A DNA stretch of 64,000 bases from Acidobacteriota bacterium (GTDB taxonomy: Bacteria; Acidobacteriota; UBA6911; RPQK01; JAJDTT01): NCBI GenBank assembly GCA_965217775.1, contig CBDCJH010000002.1:1152001-1216000 (forward strand). The letters run 5' to 3'. Below, in pieces: positions 37,088 through 46,145 of this stretch (positions are counted from its first letter, which is position 1; every line of letters begins with the position of its first letter). The notes under the pieces were generated by a model. It was not told the origin of the DNA and did no database searches. It worked only from the letters and a program-made list of their open reading frames with translations. Both the position numbers and the translations under genes were made by a program.

Positions 37088-38839
37088 TCATTTCTTGTTG
37101 CGGATCGATTCCTGCATCCGCTTGCCGAAGTCTTCGCGGCCCCCGGCCGGGTTGGACTGGTGACGGGGATGCGGGGGAACTCCGGCCGCCGGCTCGTTGG
37201 AGTCGCGGCCCCAGTGATCGGATCGGTGAGTGATCACATCCAGCCAGCGGGTGTTGGCCTGGCGCCGAGCCAGGTCGCCGTCGGGGTCGGGCAGGGTGTA
37301 GGTGTAGGAATAGAGTTTGGCCCGGGTGAGATAGAGCTTGAGACAGACGCCGCCGTACTGCTCGACGCTCAGGTCGTAGGTAGACCGGCCACTCTTCCAG
37401 GTCAGCTTCTGGGCGGTTCCGTTGGACGTCAACGGAACTGAGTCGGCCCGCGTGAAGTCTTCGATCGGTTCTCCGTAGGGCGTGACCAGTTCGGCTTCGA
37501 TGGAGCCTCCCTGGGCATCGGCATTCAGGAGGATCTCATAGGCCGGACCCCACGGTTTGGTCATCACCCATCCCTCTTCCTCCCCGGCGTCCAGCGAAAT
37601 CCAGTGGTCCTCGGGCATGCGCGCCACCATCAGGACCGCCACGTTCCGGGTCCCTTGGGAGAGGTCGTAGGAGAGCCAGTCCCACCAGGTGTGGTTCAGG
37701 CGGCTGGCCGTGTAGTAGATCCAGGTCTCTCCGTCCCGCACCAGGGGGTTCTCGGCCGGATAGAGCATGCCGCCGTCCTGGGCGCCCGGCTTGCCCACCG
37801 GAACCACGGGCGAGCGGTCGTCGGGCCGGTTCCAGGTCCTCCCGTCGCGGCTGTAGGCCAGGGAGATCTCCAACTGGCCCACCTTGCCCCTGGGGTAATC
37901 GGGGGGCTTGTGGTAGGCGCCGTAGGTGGGGGCGAAGGGATGGACGTAGTAGGGGTTGATGATGCCCAGGAAGAAGTTCTCGTAGCGGAAGACCGGCATG
38001 TCGTAGATGTTGTACAGCTCCGGGGGGTCGAGGTCGTCGCCCGCGACCAGCACCCGCCCCTTGTCCTCCCAGTTCACCAGGTCGTAGCTCTCGTACTGGG
38101 AGATGTCCCGCGGGGCGTTGGGCACCCGGCGGGTCATCAGAACGTATTTGCGCCGGTCCGGATCGTAGAAGAGGGTGCAGTTGTCGTCGCTGATGCCCCT
38201 CAGGACCGGATTGACGTGACGCGGCCGTTCCCAGTGCAGTCCGTCGTGGGAGTAGGCCAGATTCAGAGCCGAGTGGTGCCGGGCCCAGAGGGACTCTTCG
38301 CCGAAGGTGTTGAAGATCATCTTGTAACGGCGGGCGGCGATGTCGCTGGGGTCCTTGATGATGGAGTAGACGAACTGGCGCTTGAAGTCGATGACCAGGT
38401 TGTGCTCGCGTGAGCCGTTCACCTCCACCAGGCCCAGTTTCGGTTTTTCCCAGTGGAGGCCGTCCCGGCTGACGGCGTAGGCTACACCCCGCGGACCGTC
38501 GCCCGTATTCCCCTTCCAGCGCATGAGCGTGTACCACATCTTGAAGATCCGCTCTTCCTGGTCGTACATCACCGAGACGTAGTTGAGCATGTCCCGGTCC
38601 GTCTCCCAGGGGGCGTCCAGGCGCAGCACCGGGTCCTGGTGCTTGACCGCCTGGTTCACCTTGCGGCGAAGGTTGTGGTGCTCCAACAGGGGTTCGTCGT
38701 CGATGAGGAGAAACTTGTAGCGGGCGAACTGCCGGTCCGGGCTCGCAGCCGTTTCAGCGGCAGTCGTGTTTCCGCAGAGGAACGCCGCCGAGACCAGAAT
38801 CGGGAGCACACCGCGACGGATTCGGAAGATTGGGAGCAT
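37088..38839 (-). CDS. secreted beta-propeller glycoside-hydrolase-like protein
   Basis: Signal peptide; FKMWY, YAVSRDGLHWEKP, YSHDGLHW and LAYSRDGRTW repeats. Confidence 0.62.
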   Translation of the reverse strand: MLPIFRIRRGVLPILVSAAFLCGNTTAAETAASPDRQFARYKFLLIDDEPLLEHHNLRRKVNQAVKHQDPVLRLDAPWETDRDMLNYVSVMYDQEERIFKMWYTLMRWKGNTGDGPRGVAYAVSRDGLHWEKPKLGLVEVNGSREHNLVIDFKRQFVYSIIKDPSDIAARRYKMIFNTFGEESLWARHHSALNLAYSHDGLHWERPRHVNPVLRGISDDNCTLFYDPDRRKYVLMTRRVPNAPRDISQYESYDLVNWEDKGRVLVAGDDLDPPELYNIYDMPVFRYENFFLGIINPYYVHPFAPTYGAYHKPPDYPRGKVGQLEISLAYSRDGRTWNRPDDRSPVVPVGKPGAQDGGMLYPAENPLVRDGETWIYYTASRLNHTWWDWLSYDLSQGTRNVAVLMVARMPEDHWISLDAGEEEGWVMTKPWGPAYEILLNADAQGGSIEAELVTPYGEPIEDFTRADSVPLTSNGTAQKLTWKSGRSTYDLSVEQYGGVCLKLYLTRAKLYSYTYTLPDPDGDLARRQANTRWLDVITHRSDHWGRDSNEPAAGVPPHPRHQSNPAGGREDFGKRMQESIRNKK

Positions 38840-38881
38840 GGAGAGGTTCTCCTTTGTTCTCTTTGGAAATGAAGATTCGAG

Positions 38882-41800
38882 TCAGAAATAGAACTTCAAG
38901 GCCAACTGGATCTGCCGGGCAGCCAGCGTCCGGGCCAGGACGCCGAAGCCGGCGGTCCCGTAGAGTAGAGTCTGCTGTCTCGCGTTGACCACGAAGTTGG
39001 GGCGGTTGGTGGCGTTGAAGGCCTCCACTCTGGCCTCCAACCGTTGAGTCTCGGCCAGACGGAAGGTCCGGCGCAGCGAGATATCCAGGTTGAAGAGGCC
39101 GGGGGCCTCGACGACGCCCCGGCCGGAGTTCCCATATTGGAACGGCTGCGGCAGAGCGAAGGCAGTCGTGTCGAACCAGCGGGCGGGAGTCCGCTCGTGG
39201 AGAGGCAGATTGGCGTCCCGGATCCGGTCCGGCCACTGGGACGCTTCCGATCCGGTGTCCAAGGGGTCGCCGGGCAGAGACACCGTGCGCCAGCCACCCT
39301 CCTGGAAATTGGAGATGGCCCGGATGGACCATCCTCCGAGCAGCCGTGAAGCCAAGCCGCTCTGCAGTAGCGGCCGGTTGGGGCCGAAGGGCAGATCGAA
39401 CCCCCCGGAGAGCATCAAGCGCACCGGAATATGGAAGTCCGCCACTCCCCGGGTTGCCTCAAGAGGCAGGTTGCGGGACCGGTAGATTCGGCGGGAGGTG
39501 TAACCCGTGGTTCCCCCTCCGGTCTGAATCAGACGGGACCAGCTCAATGAGGCCAGCAGGTAGAGGCCATCGTTGCCCGCGGCCTTTTCCACTTGAAAAT
39601 GCATGCCCTGATACCAGGAATCGGCGTTCGCAAACGGAAAATGAACCGCTTGAAGGTGAGGCCAGGGCCGCCGAAGCTGCCGGTCGCCGGTCCCCGGAGC
39701 CGCGTCGTTCCAGGAGACCGTCTCCAGAAGATCGGTCGATCGGGAACCGTGGTAGCCGGTGTCCAGCAGCCAGTGGGGGGTGAACTCGTGTTGGAGGCTG
39801 AGGCCCCAGGAATGGGTCCGGGGCAAGGGCAGGGGAGTCTGGAATCCGTAGTGGTCGGGAATGGCCGCGCCCCGACCTTCGTCAGGAAATGGGTCCACCA
39901 GGCGCAGTGAAGGGGTCTCAAGAGGGCTGTTGAATATGAGCCGCTCGGCTCCGGGGCGGGGATTGCGGCTCAAGCGGAGGACCATGTTCAGATCCGGCTC
40001 GTTGGCATGAAGACCGTATCCGGTGCGCAGGACCGTCTTTTCCGCCAGGCGGAGCGACATGCCCAGGCGCGGCAATATACCGTCCAGAGGGTTCCATCGG
40101 ATCAGGGGATAGTTGGGTTGGAAGCGGCCCGTTTCCCACGGTTTCAGGTCCAGGTCGAGCAACGTGGGGACCGTCTGCCCGGTCGCGGGATCCAGGTTCG
40201 ACATGAAGCCCCGCTTGTCCCTCCACGGCAGCCGCAGCTCATAGCGCAGGCCCAGATTCAGGGTCAACCGGGGGCCGGCCTTCCAGGTGTCCTGGAGATA
40301 GAGGTAGTAGCTGTCCTGGTGGAACCGGCCCCGGGAACCCTCGCCCCCCAGCCGGCTCTGGGACAGGTAACCGAGAAGAAAATCGGCGAAACCGTTGCCC
40401 GTATACCGGTCGAAGAAGTTGAAGCGGCTGCGACGGGACGTCACGTACAGGTTGTAGTGCCGGCGGAAGTGGATGCCGGTCTTCAGGGCGTGGTCTCCTT
40501 CCACCAGGGTCAGATCCTTCTTTCCTTGCCAGTTGCCCAGGCTGCTGGGGCCGAGAAAAGAGTAGTCGCCGATTCTGGTGTAGCCTTGGATCTGGACGAT
40601 CGGAACTCCGACCCGATCCACTTCGCTGAGGAGAAGTTCCGGAATTCCCAGATCGAGCTGCACCGCACGGGGGGACACGACGGAATCGTAGGGCCGGCGG
40701 AACCAATGGAGGCTGGCCGTGGATTGAGCCCTCGGGCTCAGGCTTCGGGTGTAGGAGAGGGACTGCCCCAACGTGGCCAGGGGATGGCGCGTGGAGAAGG
40801 CGCTGATGGGCTGGGTCGAGGTCCAGTCGGTGGAGTCCCAGACGAAGCGGCCGGCCCAACGGCTCACTTCCGATTGTCTCAGATCGATGCGGGCGATGAC
40901 CTGCGGATTGTCCAGGGGACTGTGGGAGTCGGGACTGGTGTAGTTCAGCGCTGATGGAGTGTTGGGTGCGGGCCAAAATCGGAGGAGTTTCAAGGAGACG
41001 GGATCCAGCCGCTGCGGCGGGATGCGGTTCTCGGGGAAAAAGTCGCCCGTCAGGGGGTCGCGGATGGGAGCGGCAAATTGGCCCGCCTTCTGCTCCGGAG
41101 TCGGGACCACGCCGGTGAGAGGCTTGGTCTCGCGGATCGACCGCATTTGGTAGGAGATGAAGAACCAGGCCCGGTCCCGTCCATTCAGCAGGCCGGGCAG
41201 ATAAAGGGGGCCTCCCAGGGTGGCCCCCAGTTGGTTGCGCTTGAACTCCGCCTTCCGCTGCTCGAAGAAGTTGCGCGCGTCCAGATTGTCGTTCCGGTGA
41301 AACCAGAACCAGCCGCCGTGGAATTCATTGGTGCCGCTCTTGGTGACCGCCACGATCTGACCCCCGGGGCGGATGCCGTACTCGGCGGAATAGAGGCCGG
41401 TCTTGACGTCGAATTCTCTGAGGGCGTCGGTGCTGGCGTGGAACGAGGGAGTTCCGTCCCCGTGCGTGAAGAGGGTGCCGTCGATGAAGGTCAGGTTGTC
41501 CTTGCGCCGCATGCCCAGCACCTTGACGCTGCGGCCGCGGCTCTCGTGGCTGGGGGCGGCACCCGCGGCGAGGCTGACCAATTGGCCCAGGTCCCGGGTG
41601 TTGACCGGCATGCTCTCCAGCTTTTCCTGATCGATCAATTGACCCCGGTCCTCCCGGCCGGTCCCCGCCAGCACCGTGTCGCTACGGGTCGAGTGCCGGG
41701 TTCCGGGATCTCCCGGGAACAGGTGAAAATTCTCCTCCCGGATCTGTTCCACAAGGAGAGCAATGTGGGTCCGGACCTGGGTTCCGTGACCGGGCAGCGA

Positions 41801-42097
41801 CGCCGTGATTTCGTATCGGCCCGGGGGCAGACCGCTTCTCCGGTAGTTGCCGTTGGCGTTGGTCAGCAGCGGGAAGATCTCATTGGTGTCGACCCGATGG
41901 ATCTCCACCTCGACCCCGGGCGCCGCTTCGCCGCTCTCCTTGCGGACATGGCCCACGAGGGTCCCGGCGCCGATCTGGGCCAGCGGCTCGGCGGGACTCC
42001 AGAACAGGAAGACAGCCAGGAGGACCGAGATCCGGAGATGCCGTCCTTGCCGACGGGAGAACATCTTTTTACACGGGATACGGTGTGGGGACCACAT
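38882..42097 (-). CDS. TonB-dependent receptor (Oar-like, carboxypeptidase-regulatory N-domain)
   Basis: TKSGTNEFHG, FKRNQLGATLGGP, QDTWKAGPRLTLNLGLRYE and C-terminal RQIQLALKFYF; start uncertain. Confidence 0.92.
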   Translation of the reverse strand: MWSPHRIPCKKMFSRRQGRHLRISVLLAVFLFWSPAEPLAQIGAGTLVGHVRKESGEAAPGVEVEIHRVDTNEIFPLLTNANGNYRRSGLPPGRYEITASLPGHGTQVRTHIALLVEQIREENFHLFPGDPGTRHSTRSDTVLAGTGREDRGQLIDQEKLESMPVNTRDLGQLVSLAAGAAPSHESRGRSVKVLGMRRKDNLTFIDGTLFTHGDGTPSFHASTDALREFDVKTGLYSAEYGIRPGGQIVAVTKSGTNEFHGGWFWFHRNDNLDARNFFEQRKAEFKRNQLGATLGGPLYLPGLLNGRDRAWFFISYQMRSIRETKPLTGVVPTPEQKAGQFAAPIRDPLTGDFFPENRIPPQRLDPVSLKLLRFWPAPNTPSALNYTSPDSHSPLDNPQVIARIDLRQSEVSRWAGRFVWDSTDWTSTQPISAFSTRHPLATLGQSLSYTRSLSPRAQSTASLHWFRRPYDSVVSPRAVQLDLGIPELLLSEVDRVGVPIVQIQGYTRIGDYSFLGPSSLGNWQGKKDLTLVEGDHALKTGIHFRRHYNLYVTSRRSRFNFFDRYTGNGFADFLLGYLSQSRLGGEGSRGRFHQDSYYLYLQDTWKAGPRLTLNLGLRYELRLPWRDKRGFMSNLDPATGQTVPTLLDLDLKPWETGRFQPNYPLIRWNPLDGILPRLGMSLRLAEKTVLRTGYGLHANEPDLNMVLRLSRNPRPGAERLIFNSPLETPSLRLVDPFPDEGRGAAIPDHYGFQTPLPLPRTHSWGLSLQHEFTPHWLLDTGYHGSRSTDLLETVSWNDAAPGTGDRQLRRPWPHLQAVHFPFANADSWYQGMHFQVEKAAGNDGLYLLASLSWSRLIQTGGGTTGYTSRRIYRSRNLPLEATRGVADFHIPVRLMLSGGFDLPFGPNRPLLQSGLASRLLGGWSIRAISNFQEGGWRTVSLPGDPLDTGSEASQWPDRIRDANLPLHERTPARWFDTTAFALPQPFQYGNSGRGVVEAPGLFNLDISLRRTFRLAETQRLEARVEAFNATNRPNFVVNARQQTLLYGTAGFGVLARTLAARQIQLALKFYF

Positions 42098-42221
42098 TGG
42101 GGGAATTATCCATCGGCCGCGGCATTTGCCCGGCCCGGCGCGCCACGGGACGACAGCGCTCGAAAACCGGGGGTCAGTCTACCACGCAGGGGGTGCCGTC
42201 TCGGCTCGGAACGGTCACTGT

Positions 42222-43595
42222 TCAAACAAAAAGATGATCCAGGATGAGATCGCGGACACCCGCGGCGGGAATCTCGCCTCGGGGCACGAGACCCGGTTCC
42301 GTACTCAGGAACACGGGGCCCAGGTCGGGGTCCTCCGCCGGTCTTCCGTGGGAACCCTTGACCAGATCGGCGTCCAAGGGAACGACGTCCATGAGATATC
42401 GGAATCCCAGCACCTTCTGCATCAGGCGCAGGCCCACACGCAGGGCCGGAATCCGGATCGCCGGATCCACGAAAAGTTCGGCGGGATCGTATCCCGGCTT
42501 CCGGTGGATGTCCACGGTGCGGGCGAAATCGGGAGCCACCGAGTCGTCCAGCCAATAGTAATAGGAGAACCACTTGTCAGCCCGGCTGACGGCGACCAGA
42601 TCCCCTGAACGGGGATGATCGAGTCCCAGCTCCCGCTGATCCCGGCGGTCCAGGACCCGCTCGATGCCCGGAATCTTTTCCAACAGCGTTCGGACTTGCG
42701 ACCGGTGGGACGGGTCCCGGACATAGACGTGGGCGATCTGGTGATCCGAGACGGCGAAGGCGGGACTGGCGCCCGGGTCCAGGATCTCCAGGCCCAGCTC
42801 CGGCCGGACTCGAATCCAGCCGGCCTCCCGCAAGGCCCGGTTGATGTGGATGGCGCCGTTCACCGCGGTGATCCCATACTCGGAGAGCACGATGACCCGA
42901 GTGTCCCGTTTGCGGAAGTAGTCCAGCAATTGGCCGCATACGGTGTCGATCTCCCGGATGTCCCGCCCGATTTCAGGATGTCCGGGACCCAGCCGTTGCA
43001 GGTTGTAGTCCAAGTGCGGCAGGTAGATGAGGGTCAGGGTCGGCCGGTGCCAATCCCAGATGCGCCGCCCCGCCCGGGCGATCCATTGGCTGGAGGCGAT
43101 GCCGGCGCGGGGACCCCAGAAGTCGAAGAAGGGAAAGGGTCCGATATCCAGCTCCAGGCGCTCGGCCAGGCCGGCGGGGTGGGAGTAGATGGCCGGGATT
43201 TTCCGGCCGTCGGCCGGATACATGGGACGCGGCGTCACGCTCAGGTCGGCGCTGCTGTACATGTTGTGCCACCAGAAGAGCTTGGCGCAGGTGACCCGGG
43301 GGTCGCGCCGGCGGGCGGTTTCCCAGACGTTCTCTCCCGAGACCAGGTGGTTGGACTGCCGCCAGAACCAGATCTGGGCCAGATCGCGAAAGTACCAGCC
43401 GTTTCCCACGACGCCGTGGCCGGAGGGGGGCAGTCCGGTCAGGAAGGTGCTCTGGACGGTGGAGGTGACGGCCGGAGTCACCGTGCGCAGGGGCCGGACT
43501 GCCCCGCTGTCCGCCAGGGCGTTCAAGTTTGGGGTGTCGGGACCCAGGAGGGCAGGGGTGAGACCGACGACGTTGATGACCGCGGTGTGGTGCAC
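42222..43595 (-). CDS. eboF: alkaline phosphatase/nucleotide pyrophosphatase family protein (EboF-like)
   Basis: AVINVVGLTP, PAVTSTVQSTFLTG, HGVVGNGWY, YLPHLDY and DIHRKPGYDP; context with eboA/eboB. Confidence 0.82.
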   Translation of the reverse strand: MHHTAVINVVGLTPALLGPDTPNLNALADSGAVRPLRTVTPAVTSTVQSTFLTGLPPSGHGVVGNGWYFRDLAQIWFWRQSNHLVSGENVWETARRRDPRVTCAKLFWWHNMYSSADLSVTPRPMYPADGRKIPAIYSHPAGLAERLELDIGPFPFFDFWGPRAGIASSQWIARAGRRIWDWHRPTLTLIYLPHLDYNLQRLGPGHPEIGRDIREIDTVCGQLLDYFRKRDTRVIVLSEYGITAVNGAIHINRALREAGWIRVRPELGLEILDPGASPAFAVSDHQIAHVYVRDPSHRSQVRTLLEKIPGIERVLDRRDQRELGLDHPRSGDLVAVSRADKWFSYYYWLDDSVAPDFARTVDIHRKPGYDPAELFVDPAIRIPALRVGLRLMQKVLGFRYLMDVVPLDADLVKGSHGRPAEDPDLGPVFLSTEPGLVPRGEIPAAGVRDLILDHLFV

Positions 43596-43601
43596 GGGGA
43601 G

Positions 43602-44489
43602 CTAGGATTCGACGACCGGGTTCTGGCCGCCGCGCAGGACGGTGCTTCCTCCGTAGAACTCGGTCTGGTCGATGCTGGGGCGCGCGTCGATGCCGGCCAG
43701 GTCGAGACGCTGACTCTGGGAGAAGAAGTGGGCGGGGTTGTCCCAGACGATGGTGCGGATGGTCTGGAGTGTGATCCCGCTCTCCAGCATCAGGTCGGTG
43801 GTCTTGGGGACCTTCAGGGGATCGCTGATGCCCCAGTCCGCGGCGCTGTTGATGAGGATCCGCTCGCTTCCGTATTCCTTCACCAGCTTCACCATCCGGA
43901 CCTCGTCCATTTTGGTGTGGGGGTAGATGGTGTGGCCGGCCCAGCATCCGGTGTCCAGGACCAGGGGAAGGGTCTCCTCCGTGTTGTGATCGATGAGAGC
44001 CCTTTCCTCCGGGAAGCCGACGCTGCGGATCAGATCCAACGAGCGGATGGTGCCCCGCTTCTTGTCCCGGTGAGGCGTATGCACCAGCACGGGCAGGTCC
44101 ATCTCCATGGCCAGTTCCAGTTGGCGGGCGAAAATGCGCTCTTCCGCGTCCGTCTGATCGTCGTAGCCGATCTCTCCCACTGCGACGACGCCGTCCTTCT
44201 GCAGGTAGCGGGGAAGCAGCGAGATCACTTCCTCAGCCAGCTTGGGGTTGTTGGCCTCCTTGGGGTTCAGGCCGATGGTGCAGAAATGGCGGATGCCGAA
44301 TTGGGAGGCCCGGAAACGCTCCCAGCCCAGCAGGCTGTTGAAGTAGTCGATGAACGATCCGACGTTGGTCCGGGGCTGCCCCAGCCAGAAGGAGGGCTCG
44401 ACGATGACCAGGATCCCGTTTTGGGCCATTGACGCGTAATCGTCGGTGGTCCGGGAGGTCATGTGAATGTGAGGATCGAAGATCTTCAT
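43602..44489 (-). CDS. eboB: TatD-family hydrolase (EboB-like)
   Basis: FDPHIHMTSRTTDDY, GWERFRASQFGIRH, VGEIGYDD, HTPHRDKK and SAADWGISDPL. Confidence 0.88.
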   Translation of the reverse strand: MKIFDPHIHMTSRTTDDYASMAQNGILVIVEPSFWLGQPRTNVGSFIDYFNSLLGWERFRASQFGIRHFCTIGLNPKEANNPKLAEEVISLLPRYLQKDGVVAVGEIGYDDQTDAEERIFARQLELAMEMDLPVLVHTPHRDKKRGTIRSLDLIRSVGFPEERALIDHNTEETLPLVLDTGCWAGHTIYPHTKMDEVRMVKLVKEYGSERILINSAADWGISDPLKVPKTTDLMLESGITLQTIRTIVWDNPAHFFSQSQRLDLAGIDARPSIDQTEFYGGSTVLRGGQNPVVES

Positions 44490-44498
44490 AGTTGAAAT

Positions 44499-45374
44499 TT
44501 ATTGGACCATCTTGGCCAACGAGGCGTCAATAGCGGCCAGGATGCGGTCCTCGGTTTCGATGTCCCGGCGCCGTTCCAGCTCCAGGCGGCTTCGTTCGTC
44601 GCGGACGTAACCCAGGGACCGGGCCGCCCAGTAGCGGTGACGGGAATTGCCCTGCTGTAGATAGGGATAGATGCGCCCCATTCGCTCGCGACTGATTCGG
44701 GGCGCCACCACCCACCAGATGTCGGGCGGCACGTCCCGTCCGGCGGCCTCCCGTTCGCTGGCGTAATCGTCGGCCATCCGGGAGAGTTCCGGATTGAAGC
44801 GGGACTCCAGTCCCAGGATGCGCTCAATTCGTATTCCATTGAACAGGCTCTTGAGCACCATCTGGTTGAAGTTCAGTTCCGGGAAGTGGGCCGCCGGGTA
44901 GGGGTTCTCGCAGGCGATGGCTTCCAGCAGAGGAACGATATTGGTCCGGCAGGCGTCGATGGCCGCGTCCAGAAAACGTCCGCGGCCGGGGAGTAGATTC
45001 AATCCCCGGAGCCAACTCTGCTGCTCCCGGCTGTCGCCTTGCCGATAGCACTCCAGAACTGCCTCGGAATATTCGTCGGTAGGTAGATGAGCGACCTTCA
45101 GCAGCAGGATGACACGGCCCAGTTCGTCCAGGCCCCAGTGATCGACGGGAAGGTCCGGGCGCAGGGAATTCCAGCGGCGGGTCTCACGCGGGTCCAGGGC
45201 CAGGGCCTTCTTTCCCAACCAAAAGGAGGCTCCCGCGTAGTTGCCCAACAGCCGGTTCAAATCGACGGGTTCTTCAGTGCTCCGGCACGCCGTCTCGAAC
45301 CAGCTCCGGCCGCGGCTGGAGGCGCGGGCCCTGAGAATCTCAGTCAGAAAATCGATCATGGCCTGTGGGTCCAA
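44499..45374 (-). CDS. eboA: EboA domain protein
   Basis: WGLDELGRV, YRQGDSREQ, DACRTNI...NPYPAAHF...FNQMVLKSLF and YASEREAAGRDVP. Confidence 0.85.
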   Translation of the reverse strand: MDPQAMIDFLTEILRARASSRGRSWFETACRSTEEPVDLNRLLGNYAGASFWLGKKALALDPRETRRWNSLRPDLPVDHWGLDELGRVILLLKVAHLPTDEYSEAVLECYRQGDSREQQSWLRGLNLLPGRGRFLDAAIDACRTNIVPLLEAIACENPYPAAHFPELNFNQMVLKSLFNGIRIERILGLESRFNPELSRMADDYASEREAAGRDVPPDIWWVVAPRISRERMGRIYPYLQQGNSRHRYWAARSLGYVRDERSRLELERRRDIETEDRILAAIDASLAKMVQ

Positions 45375-45702
45375 GAAACTTCCCGGCCAGCGCGCGCCCA
45401 GTGTAATCTTGCGAGAAAAGGGGTATCTGGAAGCGGCGGCACTTCAGTCACCGATTCCGTGCCGATATTGAAGAGGGGGACAAGCATGTCCCCCCTCCCA
45501 GGGTGCCCCCAGGTTTTCTCAGAAGGAATTGTAGTATTTGGCTCAGAAATCGGAAATATCCGGCGCCACCGGTCATTTGCTACTCGCTGAGGTCAGGCTG
45601 TTCCACGTATCCCAACCCGGCATAGCCGGAACCAAAAATACTTCACCGCAGCGGCGCCTTACCAGGCGCCGACCCTTCGTCTGGCTCCGCTTTGGACCGA
45701 AG

Positions 45703-45728
45703 AGGGCGCCCACAAGGGGCACCCCTAC
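45703..45728 (-). repeat. GTAG-type REP
   Basis: Minus strand GTAGGGGTGCCCCTTGTGGGCGCCCT. Confidence 0.75.
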
Positions 45729-45766
45729 CGAATATTCTTGGTCAAGTTGCACAAGACGGACCTGAA

Positions 45767-45946
45767 TCAGGTAAAGAGCTTGGCGGCGATAGCGAGGGTG
45801 ATGGTGATGTTGATACCTAACATGACCTCCAGCCGCAGGAGCCGACGGTCCGGAGAGGCGACTTCCTGAGCGGCGGCTTTGGCCTTGGCTTCGCTGGCCC
45901 CGGCTTCGATCAAGGCATCGTAGGTGTCGGACAGCATGAGTGCCAT
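45767..45946 (-). CDS. small (59 aa) coiled-coil protein with C-terminal TM helix (CCDC90/DUF1640-like)
   Basis: AGGAG RBS; MALMLSDTYDALIEAGASEAKAKAAAQEVA...LRLEVMLGINITITLAIAAKLFT; below the ORF-track cut-off. Confidence 0.7.
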   Translation of the reverse strand: MALMLSDTYDALIEAGASEAKAKAAAQEVASPDRRLLRLEVMLGINITITLAIAAKLFT

Positions 45947-46145
45947 CAGCTTTTCTCCTTCCTGCAGGTAGCTGCCATGTCCAACAACGTAATGATACCA
46001 AACCAGTCTGCAAGTAGCCGATCACGGGGTTCCTGGCTCCGTTTCTCCGTTAGCTTCAACAGTGGTGAAGATCTCCCCACGGGTCCGGTGGATGACCATT
46101 TTTTTGTAGCGCCAAGAATACGGCGACGAACCACGGTCCCATTTC

